From Ruminococcus albus 7 = DSM 20455 (lineage in GTDB: Bacteria; Bacillota; Clostridia; Oscillospirales; Ruminococcaceae), in assembly GCF_000179635.2 (NCBI RefSeq), contig NC_014833.1, positions 2,820,001 through 2,852,000 of the forward strand: DNA of 32,000 bases, in the 5' to 3' direction. Positions within the stretch are counted from its first letter, which is position 1; each line of letters begins with the position of its first letter. The notes under the pieces are model-generated. The model saw nothing but the letters and a program-made list of their open reading frames with translations, was not told where the DNA came from and ran no database searches. Shown here piece by piece: positions 8,860 to 15,780 of this stretch. The position numbers and the translations under genes were made by a program.

Positions 8860-9882
8860 CATGGTTATCCCTTTAACACACCACAGATAATTTACAATGC
8901 TGTCCAAATAAACAGACCTCAAAACTCAGAAAATATAGTATAATAGTGACAGAAACCGAAGGGAGCTGTCGCTATGTCAAAAAGATTTCCGAAACCTGAG
9001 ATCACACTTGATGGGATATACTCAAAGTTCGCAGATGAAAGCTTTTGCAAGGATTTTCTGCTTGATATCCGCTTTGAAAAGGGTTTTGCCTGCCCGTTTT
9101 GCGGTGGCTCTGAGTACCGCAGGATAAGGTCACGCCATCTGCTGCGATGCAAGTTCTGTAAAGCAGATATATCCGCCACAAACGGAACTTTTATGCACAG
9201 AACACATATTCCGCTCAGACTGTGGATAGTCACCGCATTCCTCATTATGAGCAACAAATGCAGCGTTTCTGCTGTTACGCTGATGAGGTCTTTGGGGGTG
9301 ACCTACAAGACTGCATGGTACATCCTTCATCGCATCAGAAAAGCTATGAAATGCCGTGAAGAACGCTATTTGCTTGACGGGATCGTTGAACTTGATGACA
9401 CGTATCTCGGTGCTCCGACTCACGGTAAAAAGCGTGGCAGAGGAACTGAAAAAGTCAAGATGATAGTAGCTTTGTCAAAGAACGCAGCAGGAAATCCCGA
9501 GTACGTTAAAATGAGCGATGTGCCGAATTTAAAGGGTATAACTGTTGGTAGATTTGCCAGGGATAATATCCGCGCAGGCTCGAAGATCGAGAGTGATAAT
9601 GCTCGAAGTTACAAGAAACCGTTGGCACAGAAATACTTCCATGTTTTTGAAACATATGATCCGACAAGCGGTCAGCTGAACTGGATGCATAAAGTTATAT
9701 CAAACTTCAAAGCAATGATCATGGGAACTTACCACGGAAACGAAAAGATCCACACAGCGTTATATGCTGCCGAATACTGCTACAAATTCAACCGTCGTAA
9801 GCTGGGAAACAGTGCGTATTTAAGGCTTTTGGCTGCTTTGGTGCAGTGATCTTACTTGTGGTGTGTTAAAGGGATAACCATA
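8860..9882 (+). mobile_element. IS1595-family insertion sequence, copy 1 (1023 bp)
   Basis: Perfect 24-bp terminal inverted repeats ATGGTTATCCCTTTAACACACCAC. 8-bp target duplication TTATACAA at 8852-8859 and 9883-9890. The sequence appears identical to copy 2. Confidence 0.9.
8974..9849 (+). CDS. IS1595-family transposase (zinc ribbon + DDE)
   Basis: 291 aa. CPFCGGSEYRRIRSRHLLRCKFC is the zinc ribbon and VELDDTYLG is the DDE region. Confidence 0.9.
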   Translation: MSKRFPKPEITLDGIYSKFADESFCKDFLLDIRFEKGFACPFCGGSEYRRIRSRHLLRCKFCKADISATNGTFMHRTHIPLRLWIVTAFLIMSNKCSVSAVTLMRSLGVTYKTAWYILHRIRKAMKCREERYLLDGIVELDDTYLGAPTHGKKRGRGTEKVKMIVALSKNAAGNPEYVKMSDVPNLKGITVGRFARDNIRAGSKIESDNARSYKKPLAQKYFHVFETYDPTSGQLNWMHKVISNFKAMIMGTYHGNEKIHTALYAAEYCYKFNRRKLGNSAYLRLLAALVQ

Positions 9883-10487
9883 TTATACAATGCACATCCA
9901 CGAGTACCATCCATTCGTGGCACGGTTACCTCATCGGTTATAATACCAAGAATATGAATCGGTTCATCTGGAGAAGAAGGACTAAGCTGTGGTGCAGCCT
10001 GGGCAACATAAGAAGGAACACGACCTATTTTAGGCTTCATTTTCACTCCATAAATGGTTGTGATCAAATCTTTGTAGTTATTCTCAAAATGAATAGAATC
10101 TGTCAAATCAATACCAAGCTTTCCAGCCAAAAACGTAGGCATAGCTGCATTAAATGATCCTTTACGCACCACAGGGATAAACTTACGTTCATTTCCTTTT
10201 GAGTATAGTTCCTCTGTTATAATATGACCTTCATATCCAACCCCACCTTTTCGATTATCGGCTTTTTCCTTATACAGTGGTGTACAGATAATGAGGACGT
10301 AATCGGCAGTTGTAATCGACTGTTCCATAAAATGTGGAAGTCTATCGCCTAAAGATGCGTCATACTGATCAACGGTTGCATCAATTCCATCGGCTAATAG
10401 TTTGTCAGCAAATTCTCGCACCCATTGTTGATGTGCATCTTCTTCCCATGAATATGATATAAATGCTTTAGGATGCTGTTTACTCAT
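9883..10487 (-). pseudogene. 5' fragment of the TIR/SEFIR-like gene, truncated by IS1595
   Basis: KAFISYSWEEDAHQQWVREFADKLLADGIDATVDQYD...YVLIICTPLYKEK...GGVGYEGHII is a TIR/SEFIR-type N-terminal domain. The ATG at 10487 overlaps the upstream stop as ATGA, with GGAGG 7 nt upstream. The present ORF reads into the IS and stops at 9852. Confidence 0.75.
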
Positions 10488-11308
10488 ATACAATCCTCCG
10501 CCTTAAAACCTTTATAGCTTCCAAATCCTAACATATAAACCGCCATAGCCACAGCAAGATTCTCATTGTTGAGATTCTGTTTCTTAGCAAGCTCCTTCAG
10601 CTCATCAATAACAGTATCGTGTGGAACGATAGAGCCTTCAAGCTCGTCCACAGCCTTCTGAATGATAGACGGCAGCACCATACACATCTGATAGAAAGCA
10701 TCTTCCTGTCCGGTTACAAGAGCATAGAACTGGTCGAGGCTCACACGGCGTATCAGCTTGTGACCGACCTTTTTCTTGTCAACGGTAGTCTCCCATTTTA
10801 TATTCTGCGATCTCTGAGCAATAGCTTCAACAAGAAAACAAGCACAATCATCATCGGTGAGAAGCTGGTTCTGCATCTTAATAAAAGTCTTACCTGCCGA
10901 TGCAGAATTCATGGTGTTGTGCTTGTTTTTCATCTCGACATACACAGTATGTACGCTGATTCCATCTGTAACAACAATGCCATCAGGATTTTCAAAGATA
11001 ACGTCCCAGCCGCCCTCTTTTCCGTTATCGGGAACACGACAGTTAGCAATGTACTGGAATATGCGCTGGTGGAAATAGCCTATATCGTTGTTATTGGACT
11101 TATCACGCTGACGGAAAATCTCGTTGCATACGATCTCCTCCCATGATGCCTGGTAGACAGTTTTATCAAAAATCAACTTGATAGGATCAATAATATTCTT
11201 GTTGAAACGCTTCAAATCGAAAGATTCAAGCTTTTCGCCATACTTCTCTATGGTTTTCTTAACGTGCTTTGTAAAGTCTTCTTCGCTGATGAAACTAAGT
11301 GTCCACAT
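10484..11308 (-). CDS. Type II restriction endonuclease, Eco47II-family-like
   Basis: 274 aa. FISEEDF...NIIDP...IGYFHQRIF...WDV...VEMKNKHNTMNSASAG...LDQFYALVTG matches my recollection of RE_Eco47II (GGNCC enzymes). It is coupled to the adjacent m5C methyltransferase. Confidence 0.6.
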   Translation of the reverse strand: MWTLSFISEEDFTKHVKKTIEKYGEKLESFDLKRFNKNIIDPIKLIFDKTVYQASWEEIVCNEIFRQRDKSNNNDIGYFHQRIFQYIANCRVPDNGKEGGWDVIFENPDGIVVTDGISVHTVYVEMKNKHNTMNSASAGKTFIKMQNQLLTDDDCACFLVEAIAQRSQNIKWETTVDKKKVGHKLIRRVSLDQFYALVTGQEDAFYQMCMVLPSIIQKAVDELEGSIVPHDTVIDELKELAKKQNLNNENLAVAMAVYMLGFGSYKGFKAEDCI

Positions 11309-12531
11309 TATGATAATCCCTCCAGTGCGATTCTTATCTGCTTTGCTATATCCATTGCAAGATTGACAGGAACGGCATTGCCGACCTGCTTATACTGAGA
11401 ACCTATACTTCCGCAGAACTGCCATTCATCAGGGAAACTCTGACAACGGGCATTTTCACGGATAGTAAACGGACGGGGTTCAAGCGGATGACAGCGATCT
11501 GTCTGCTTCTGGCTAGGTGAAGTCAAAACGGTAAGCGACGGTTCGTCAAGGCTGAGCCTGCGGAGAATGCCTGTCCTTCCGCCTTCCATGTACCAACAGC
11601 TTTTCATATACTCTTTCGCTATATCCTCGGGAATATCTCTCCAGTATCCACCCGGAGGAACAAGCTCAAATATCTTACGCTTGTATTCCGAATATGGTGT
11701 ACCCTCGCTTTTCGGACAGTCAAGCAGCACATCACGCAGAACTGGCTTGTACTCATGTGGTGTGGGGAAACTGAAACTGATCTTGTCAGTCAGATTGTTT
11801 CTGATGCCTATGGTTATCAGACGTTCACGCTTCTGAGCAACACCATAGTCCCAAGCATTCAGAACCTTCTTCTGAATGGTGTAGCCTGTACTTTCAAATA
11901 TATCAAGAATTGTTTTGTAAGTTCTTCCCTTATCATGAGTCAGCAGACCACGAACGTTCTCAAAAAGAAACATTTTAGGCTGGAGCTGTTCAAGGAACTT
12001 TGCGTAATGATAGAAAAGTGTTCCACGAGCATCTTCAAGACCGAGCCGTTTTCCTGCATAAGAGAAGCTCTGACAAGGTGCGCCACCCGAAAGCAGATCA
12101 AGCTCACCCTTCTTCAAACCGAAGTAATCTTGCAGGTCAAGACAAGAGATATTGGCAATATCATCATTGATAACTCTCCATTCAGGTCTGTTTCTGCGGA
12201 GTGTATCAGATGCGTCCTTGTCCACCTCTACAAGACCGAGCGTTATAAACCCAGCTTTCTCAACACCGAGAGCAAGCCCGCCTGCACCAGCGAATAATTC
12301 TATCGTAGAGAAGGTTCGCTGTTCTTTCTTAGTTGTAATATCCATAATATCACCGATATTGCAGTTCAGCACCATACATATCTTTTCAAGGCTTTCAAGG
12401 GAAACAGTTTCATTCTTTCCCATTCGAGCCATGACATTAAAGCTGACACCTGATGCTTCTTTCAGTTCGGTTTTATTCATGCCCTTATCAATCAGTAATT
12501 TCCATAGATTATTGTAGCTTACTGCCACCAT
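11308..12531 (-). CDS. DNA (cytosine-5) methyltransferase with an N-terminal XRE-type HTH domain
   Basis: 407 aa. The first ~65 aa (LWKLLIDKGMNKTELKEASGVSFNVMARM) are an HTH. m5C motifs then follow: FAGAGG (I), GGAPCQSFS (IV), ENV (VI), QKRER (VIII) and GNAVPV (X). The stop overlaps the REase start as TAATG. Confidence 0.9.
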   Translation of the reverse strand: MVAVSYNNLWKLLIDKGMNKTELKEASGVSFNVMARMGKNETVSLESLEKICMVLNCNIGDIMDITTKKEQRTFSTIELFAGAGGLALGVEKAGFITLGLVEVDKDASDTLRRNRPEWRVINDDIANISCLDLQDYFGLKKGELDLLSGGAPCQSFSYAGKRLGLEDARGTLFYHYAKFLEQLQPKMFLFENVRGLLTHDKGRTYKTILDIFESTGYTIQKKVLNAWDYGVAQKRERLITIGIRNNLTDKISFSFPTPHEYKPVLRDVLLDCPKSEGTPYSEYKRKIFELVPPGGYWRDIPEDIAKEYMKSCWYMEGGRTGILRRLSLDEPSLTVLTSPSQKQTDRCHPLEPRPFTIRENARCQSFPDEWQFCGSIGSQYKQVGNAVPVNLAMDIAKQIRIALEGLS

Positions 12532-12577
12532 ATTTCATTCCTTCCTGTATCCTGTGATACAATAATGGGTTATGATT

Positions 12578-12606
12578 ATTATACCACTAAGTAACGAAAA
12601 AGTCAA
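12578..12606 (-). promoter_or_regulatory. Consensus promoter for the M-R-TIR-HEPN operon
   Basis: On the minus strand: TTGACT (12606-12601), a 17-nt spacer ending in TGg, then TATAAT (12583-12578). Confidence 0.6.
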
Positions 12607-12659
12607 TCTATCTCACGAAAACGTTAGATAATCTTTTTATCAAAAGAAATAGATTGACA
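12601..12659. promoter_or_regulatory. Inverted repeat AGTCAATCTAT / ATAGATTGACA embedding both divergent -35 boxes; candidate operator
   Basis: 10 of 11 matching arms at 12601-12611 and 12649-12659. Each arm contains the -35 hexamer of one of the two divergent promoters. Confidence 0.45.
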
Positions 12660-12682
12660 TAATGGATTGTTTGTGCTATAAT
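12654..12682 (+). promoter_or_regulatory. Consensus extended -10 promoter for the small-peptide / 518-aa gene pair
   Basis: TTGACA (12654-12659), a 17-nt spacer, then TGcTATAAT (12674-12682). Confidence 0.65.
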
Positions 12683-12754
12683 ATACATGGTGTTGGGCAG
12701 ATAAAGTACTACTCTTATTTTATTCTCGGGCTTACCCAGAAAGGAGGTAGTACA

Positions 12755-12859
12755 ATGAAGAAATTCAATGCTGTCCTTGCTGTGGCTGAAAAGACTGCTA
12801 TGGTGATTGATGTAATCGTTCCCGCAGTTCGTAAGGTGATTTCCATTATCGAGAAATAA
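12755..12859 (+). CDS. 34-aa hydrophobic/amphipathic peptide MKKFNAVLAVAEKTAMVIDVIVPAVRKVISIIEK
   Basis: Near-perfect RBS AAAGGAGG lies 7 nt upstream of the ATG at 12755. It is downstream of a consensus promoter and followed by a terminator hairpin. Confidence 0.5.
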   Translation: MKKFNAVLAVAEKTAMVIDVIVPAVRKVISIIEK

Positions 12860-12879
12860 TCTTACCCACGCAACACTAG

Positions 12880-12916
12880 CAGCGCATTTCTTATGATTTG
12901 CGCTGTTTTCTTTTTT
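12880..12916 (+). terminator. Intrinsic terminator/attenuator between the peptide ORF and the 518-aa gene
   Basis: Stem cagcgca / tgcgctg (12880-12886 / 12899-12905), a 12-nt loop, then the T-tract ttttctttttt. The RBS GAGGAGGA of the next gene starts directly after the T-tract. Confidence 0.6.
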
Positions 12917-12929
12917 GAGGAGGAAGTGT

Positions 12930-14486
12930 ATGAAGAAGGAACAACTTACTGAAATTCTTGATGATAACATTAAAACCTATATCAATAATATAGCTTATGA
13001 ACTCGAACAATCGCATGACTATTGTTTTGATGGTTTTGGCTTTCCTATATTCGGAGAAACATCCAAAGAATATCATGAGCAAGTGTACTTTGAATCATAT
13101 TTTGAATCGTACACAAGAAAACTAATAAATGGCGTTTTAGAAGAATTATGCTACTATGAGTGTGCTGATAAAATTGTATGGCCCGAATTTGAATATGTTG
13201 GAAATTACAATGGCTATACGAACATCGAGAGTGAAGAAAAGTTTGGATTTGAATTCATTAATGTTGATAGAAAAATTGGATATCGCTACACAAGAGTAAA
13301 AATCAATGAAATCGAATCTTTACTGAAAAAAGAAAAAGTTGAGAAAATAGTGTGTGTTGAGTGGCAGAATAAAGATGATATTATTGGTTTATCTTATGGT
13401 GATAAACCTGTAGAAATAATACTTTTGTGGGATTTGTTTAACGAGCTATTCGATGATATAGCTATAGACGAACTTAAGGAAATGTATAATATTTTTGTAA
13501 AAAGAATATCAGATGCAGTAGCTAAAGCAAACTCAATGATATCACTCATAACTTTACCTGGATTTACTCCTAACTATATATCTCATACTAGGAATATAAC
13601 TATATCTGTAATCAGAAAAGAAATATCTTCCTTATCTCATTACAATGTAATGAATGCCGATTTTAAGAGGCTTGAAAAGGTTTCTGCAAATCTAATAACC
13701 AAGTATAAGCTTTCAGAATACTTCTTAAATAGTCAGTATGATTTACTGCTTACTGGTAATTCTGATTATGCGAAAAGTTTTTCAACTTCAGAGTATCTAT
13801 ATAAATACTTCAAGAATAATCCAATGTTTGATTATACACCAATTGTAAGTAGCTATCTTAAATCAATTGAGCAGTTGCTTAATTATATATGTAGCAATTA
13901 TGCATCATTGAGTAATAATACAACCGATATCAGTGCTTTTACGCTAGGAAAATATATCACATACATGAATCAAGCTGTAAATGATACCATTTTTAGATTG
14001 GATATTCGTCCAGTCAAAGGCATCATCTATAGATGCTTAAATAGTTATAGAATCGAATGCAGAAATAATCTATTTCACAAAGACTTTTTCAATAACTGGA
14101 ATAGAGTAGAAATTATAAGAACAAATACACTTTTCTTATATGTTGCTATTCTAGGAAGTATTAATCCAGTTCTTATCAAATACGATGAGGGTATATTGAA
14201 TTTACAATATGATGAACTTTTCAGCATCCTTGATAAACAAAGAAATAATCGATTTTTACTTATAATTAATGGTGTAGAATACTCAGGAATGAATATAGAA
14301 CCTCGTAACGAAGGGATTGCATATATTGAAAGTGGACTTATAAATAATTCTATAGTATTTAAAAGATTCAATCATGATCATTACGATAGAATTGAATTGA
14401 CCAGAGATAATATGCCATCGGAAATTTGGATTATAGATTCATTCGGTACTAAGGAGAAAAGAATATGGCCTTTACTAAAAAAATAA
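12930..14486 (+). CDS. 518-aa AT-rich hypothetical protein with a HEPN-like Rx4H motif (candidate abortive-infection effector)
   Basis: RBS GAGGAGGA precedes the ATG at 12930. CLNSYRIECRNNLFHKDFF (RNNLFH at 14061-14078) sits in a helical region resembling Abi_2/DUF4145-type HEPN domains. The N-terminal ~250 aa are unassigned. Confidence 0.6.
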   Translation: MKKEQLTEILDDNIKTYINNIAYELEQSHDYCFDGFGFPIFGETSKEYHEQVYFESYFESYTRKLINGVLEELCYYECADKIVWPEFEYVGNYNGYTNIESEEKFGFEFINVDRKIGYRYTRVKINEIESLLKKEKVEKIVCVEWQNKDDIIGLSYGDKPVEIILLWDLFNELFDDIAIDELKEMYNIFVKRISDAVAKANSMISLITLPGFTPNYISHTRNITISVIRKEISSLSHYNVMNADFKRLEKVSANLITKYKLSEYFLNSQYDLLLTGNSDYAKSFSTSEYLYKYFKNNPMFDYTPIVSSYLKSIEQLLNYICSNYASLSNNTTDISAFTLGKYITYMNQAVNDTIFRLDIRPVKGIIYRCLNSYRIECRNNLFHKDFFNNWNRVEIIRTNTLFLYVAILGSINPVLIKYDEGILNLQYDELFSILDKQRNNRFLLIINGVEYSGMNIEPRNEGIAYIESGLINNSIVFKRFNHDHYDRIELTRDNMPSEIWIIDSFGTKEKRIWPLLKK

Positions 14487-14517
14487 CGGCTGCACCCGAA
14501 GGCACAGCCTTTGTACA

Positions 14518-14934
14518 TCAAATATAAACCATACACTCAAATATAATCTCTCTCGCCATACTTATAAAGCAGTTTTCAAGACCGAGCAACTTCTCAGCAT
14601 CACCGCTGAGGACAGCTTTCTGATAGCAGCTGTCATTCTGTTTCCAAAGCTCCACCTGACGAGTGATTGCTTCACTGACTTTCAGTTCCATATCATCGAG
14701 ATACTTCATAATCTTGCCCTCATTGACGAGCCTGCGAAGTCTGTCAGAGCAATGGCTGTCAGAAAAATGAAGATGATACCTGATGAAGTCAGTGCTGTAT
14801 GTCTTGCTCTCAACAGCGAGCGTATCACTATTGAAGTGAGTGACGGTCACAGTGTTGGTGTCCAAGCTCCACAGCGGAACGTATTTCTTTTTCAGGGAGT
14901 TATATGCGGTCTGTTCGCTCTTGTATCTGCTCAT
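14518..14934 (-). CDS. TnpV-like transposon-associated protein (138 aa)
   Basis: The C-terminal RYHLHF...RLRRLVNEGKIMKYLDDMELKVSEAITRQVELWKQ...ENCFISMAREIIFECMVYI resembles the TnpV family of clostridial mobilisable transposons (from memory). The start lies 3 nt after the HTH gene stop. Confidence 0.45.
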   Translation of the reverse strand: MSRYKSEQTAYNSLKKKYVPLWSLDTNTVTVTHFNSDTLAVESKTYSTDFIRYHLHFSDSHCSDRLRRLVNEGKIMKYLDDMELKVSEAITRQVELWKQNDSCYQKAVLSGDAEKLLGLENCFISMAREIIFECMVYI

Positions 14935-14937
14935 AGC

Positions 14938-15249
14938 TCACACCTCCTCATTTCCGCTGAAATAAGACAGCAGGCTTTCCTTGTTGACGAGATATTTACC
15001 ACGGACACCCTCACCTGTGCGGAACGCTTTGATTTTGCCTTGTGCTATCAGCATACGGATAGAGTGTTCTGAGATACCTTCGATCAGCTCGGTACACTCC
15101 TTGATAGTCATCATTCTGACCGACTGTGCAGGAGCTTTAGTTGCTGTTGATACTGATGCAGGCTGTTCCTGCACATCTTCCTCGGCGGTCAGTTGAAGTA
15201 AAAGATTGATGATGGTGTTTACGATCTCACGTTTTTCTGCTATTGTCAT
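14938..15249 (-). CDS. Excisionase-family HTH DNA-binding protein (103 aa), paralog of 4586..4876
   Basis: ATG at 15249 with an AAGGAAG RBS. MTIKECTELIEGISEHSIRMLIAQGKIKAFRTGEGVRGKYLVNK is nearly colinear with the other HTH protein. Confidence 0.8.
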   Translation of the reverse strand: MTIAEKREIVNTIINLLLQLTAEEDVQEQPASVSTATKAPAQSVRMMTIKECTELIEGISEHSIRMLIAQGKIKAFRTGEGVRGKYLVNKESLLSYFSGNEEV

Positions 15250-15329
15250 AATGATCTTCCTTTCGTGGGCGGAGCTCTCAAAGGCTCTCTCCACAGTTCT
15301 CAAATTTAGTACAGAGATATGCAATAGCG

Positions 15330-15365
15330 TGGTCAATTAAGGTCAAGTAGTGGTCAACTTGGTTA
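15330..15365 (+). repeat. Cluster of direct (T)GGTCAA repeats matching the cluster at 876-915
   Basis: TGGTCAA at 15330, GGTCAA at 15341, TGGTCAA at 15351 and TGGTTA at 15360. Orientation is the same as the left-end cluster. Confidence 0.5.
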
Positions 15366-15427
15366 CAAGAGGACGGCAAAGACTTTGAAATTTAGCAGAA
15401 CCGTAGTTCTTGTAACTCAATCAAAAC

Positions 15428-15441
15428 GCCGTATTTACGGC
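15428..15441. promoter_or_regulatory. Palindrome GCCGTA-TT-TACGGC (variant copy 3 of the operator-like site)
   Basis: Perfect 6-bp arms with a 2-nt spacer. Like copy 1, it is preceded by CTCAATCAAAAC. Confidence 0.35.
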
Positions 15442-15521
15442 ATTTTCTAAAGATAATAGTAATTTAATGCAAGATGCCTGAATACCCTTTCCGGGTTAGC
15501 CGAACATTCGGGGTTAACTCG

Positions 15522-15534
15522 AAGAGATAATCAG
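15522..15534. repeat. 13-bp direct repeat AAGAGATAATCAG, candidate attR core
   Basis: Exact copy of 827-839. Confidence 0.35.
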
Positions 15535-15570
15535 TCGCGAACTTACTTTTTTATCAAAAACAACGAAAAA

Positions 15571-15606
15571 CCTCGTAAACATTGCGTTTGCGAGGTTTTC
15601 TTTTTG
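15571..15606. terminator. Bidirectional intrinsic terminator
   Basis: 10-bp stem cctcgtaaac / gtttgcgagg (one G-T pair), loop attgc, T-tract ttttcttttt on the plus strand and tttttcgttgttttt on the minus strand. Confidence 0.6.
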
Positions 15607-15780
15607 CCTGAAAAACGTGCTGAGAACTGCTCAAAAATGACGGCAGCACCCATACAGCACCCACTAATATATTAAGCGTAAAGCCTGAAAGGCACTATCC
15701 CTCATAGGTAACCGTCAAATACCCTGCACCCCATAAAATATCAGACCCTGCAAGGAATCAACATCCCTGCAGGGTCATAT

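Noticed and set aside
8919-9423. Minus-strand ORFs (112 and 97 aa) inside both IS1595 copies
   Set aside because: They are antisense to the transposase gene. One starts in flanking or terminal sequence. There are no motifs.
10619-12517. Plus-strand ORFs (175, 73, 62, 89, 180 and 121 aa) across the R and M genes
   Set aside because: All are antisense to genes with complete catalytic motif sets. Their translations are low-complexity, and I found no RBS.
12608-13082. Minus-strand ORFs of 120 and 63 aa across the divergent promoter, the peptide gene and the 5' end of the 518-aa gene
   Set aside because: They would run through two consensus promoters and a terminator. Their composition is an AT-rich artefact.
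15400-15560. Possible tRNA or tmRNA fragment as the integration target near the right end
   Set aside because: I could not fold a cloverleaf. Only a short CCGAA/TTCGG hairpin is present, with no T-loop GTTCGAATC-type box and no acceptor pairing.
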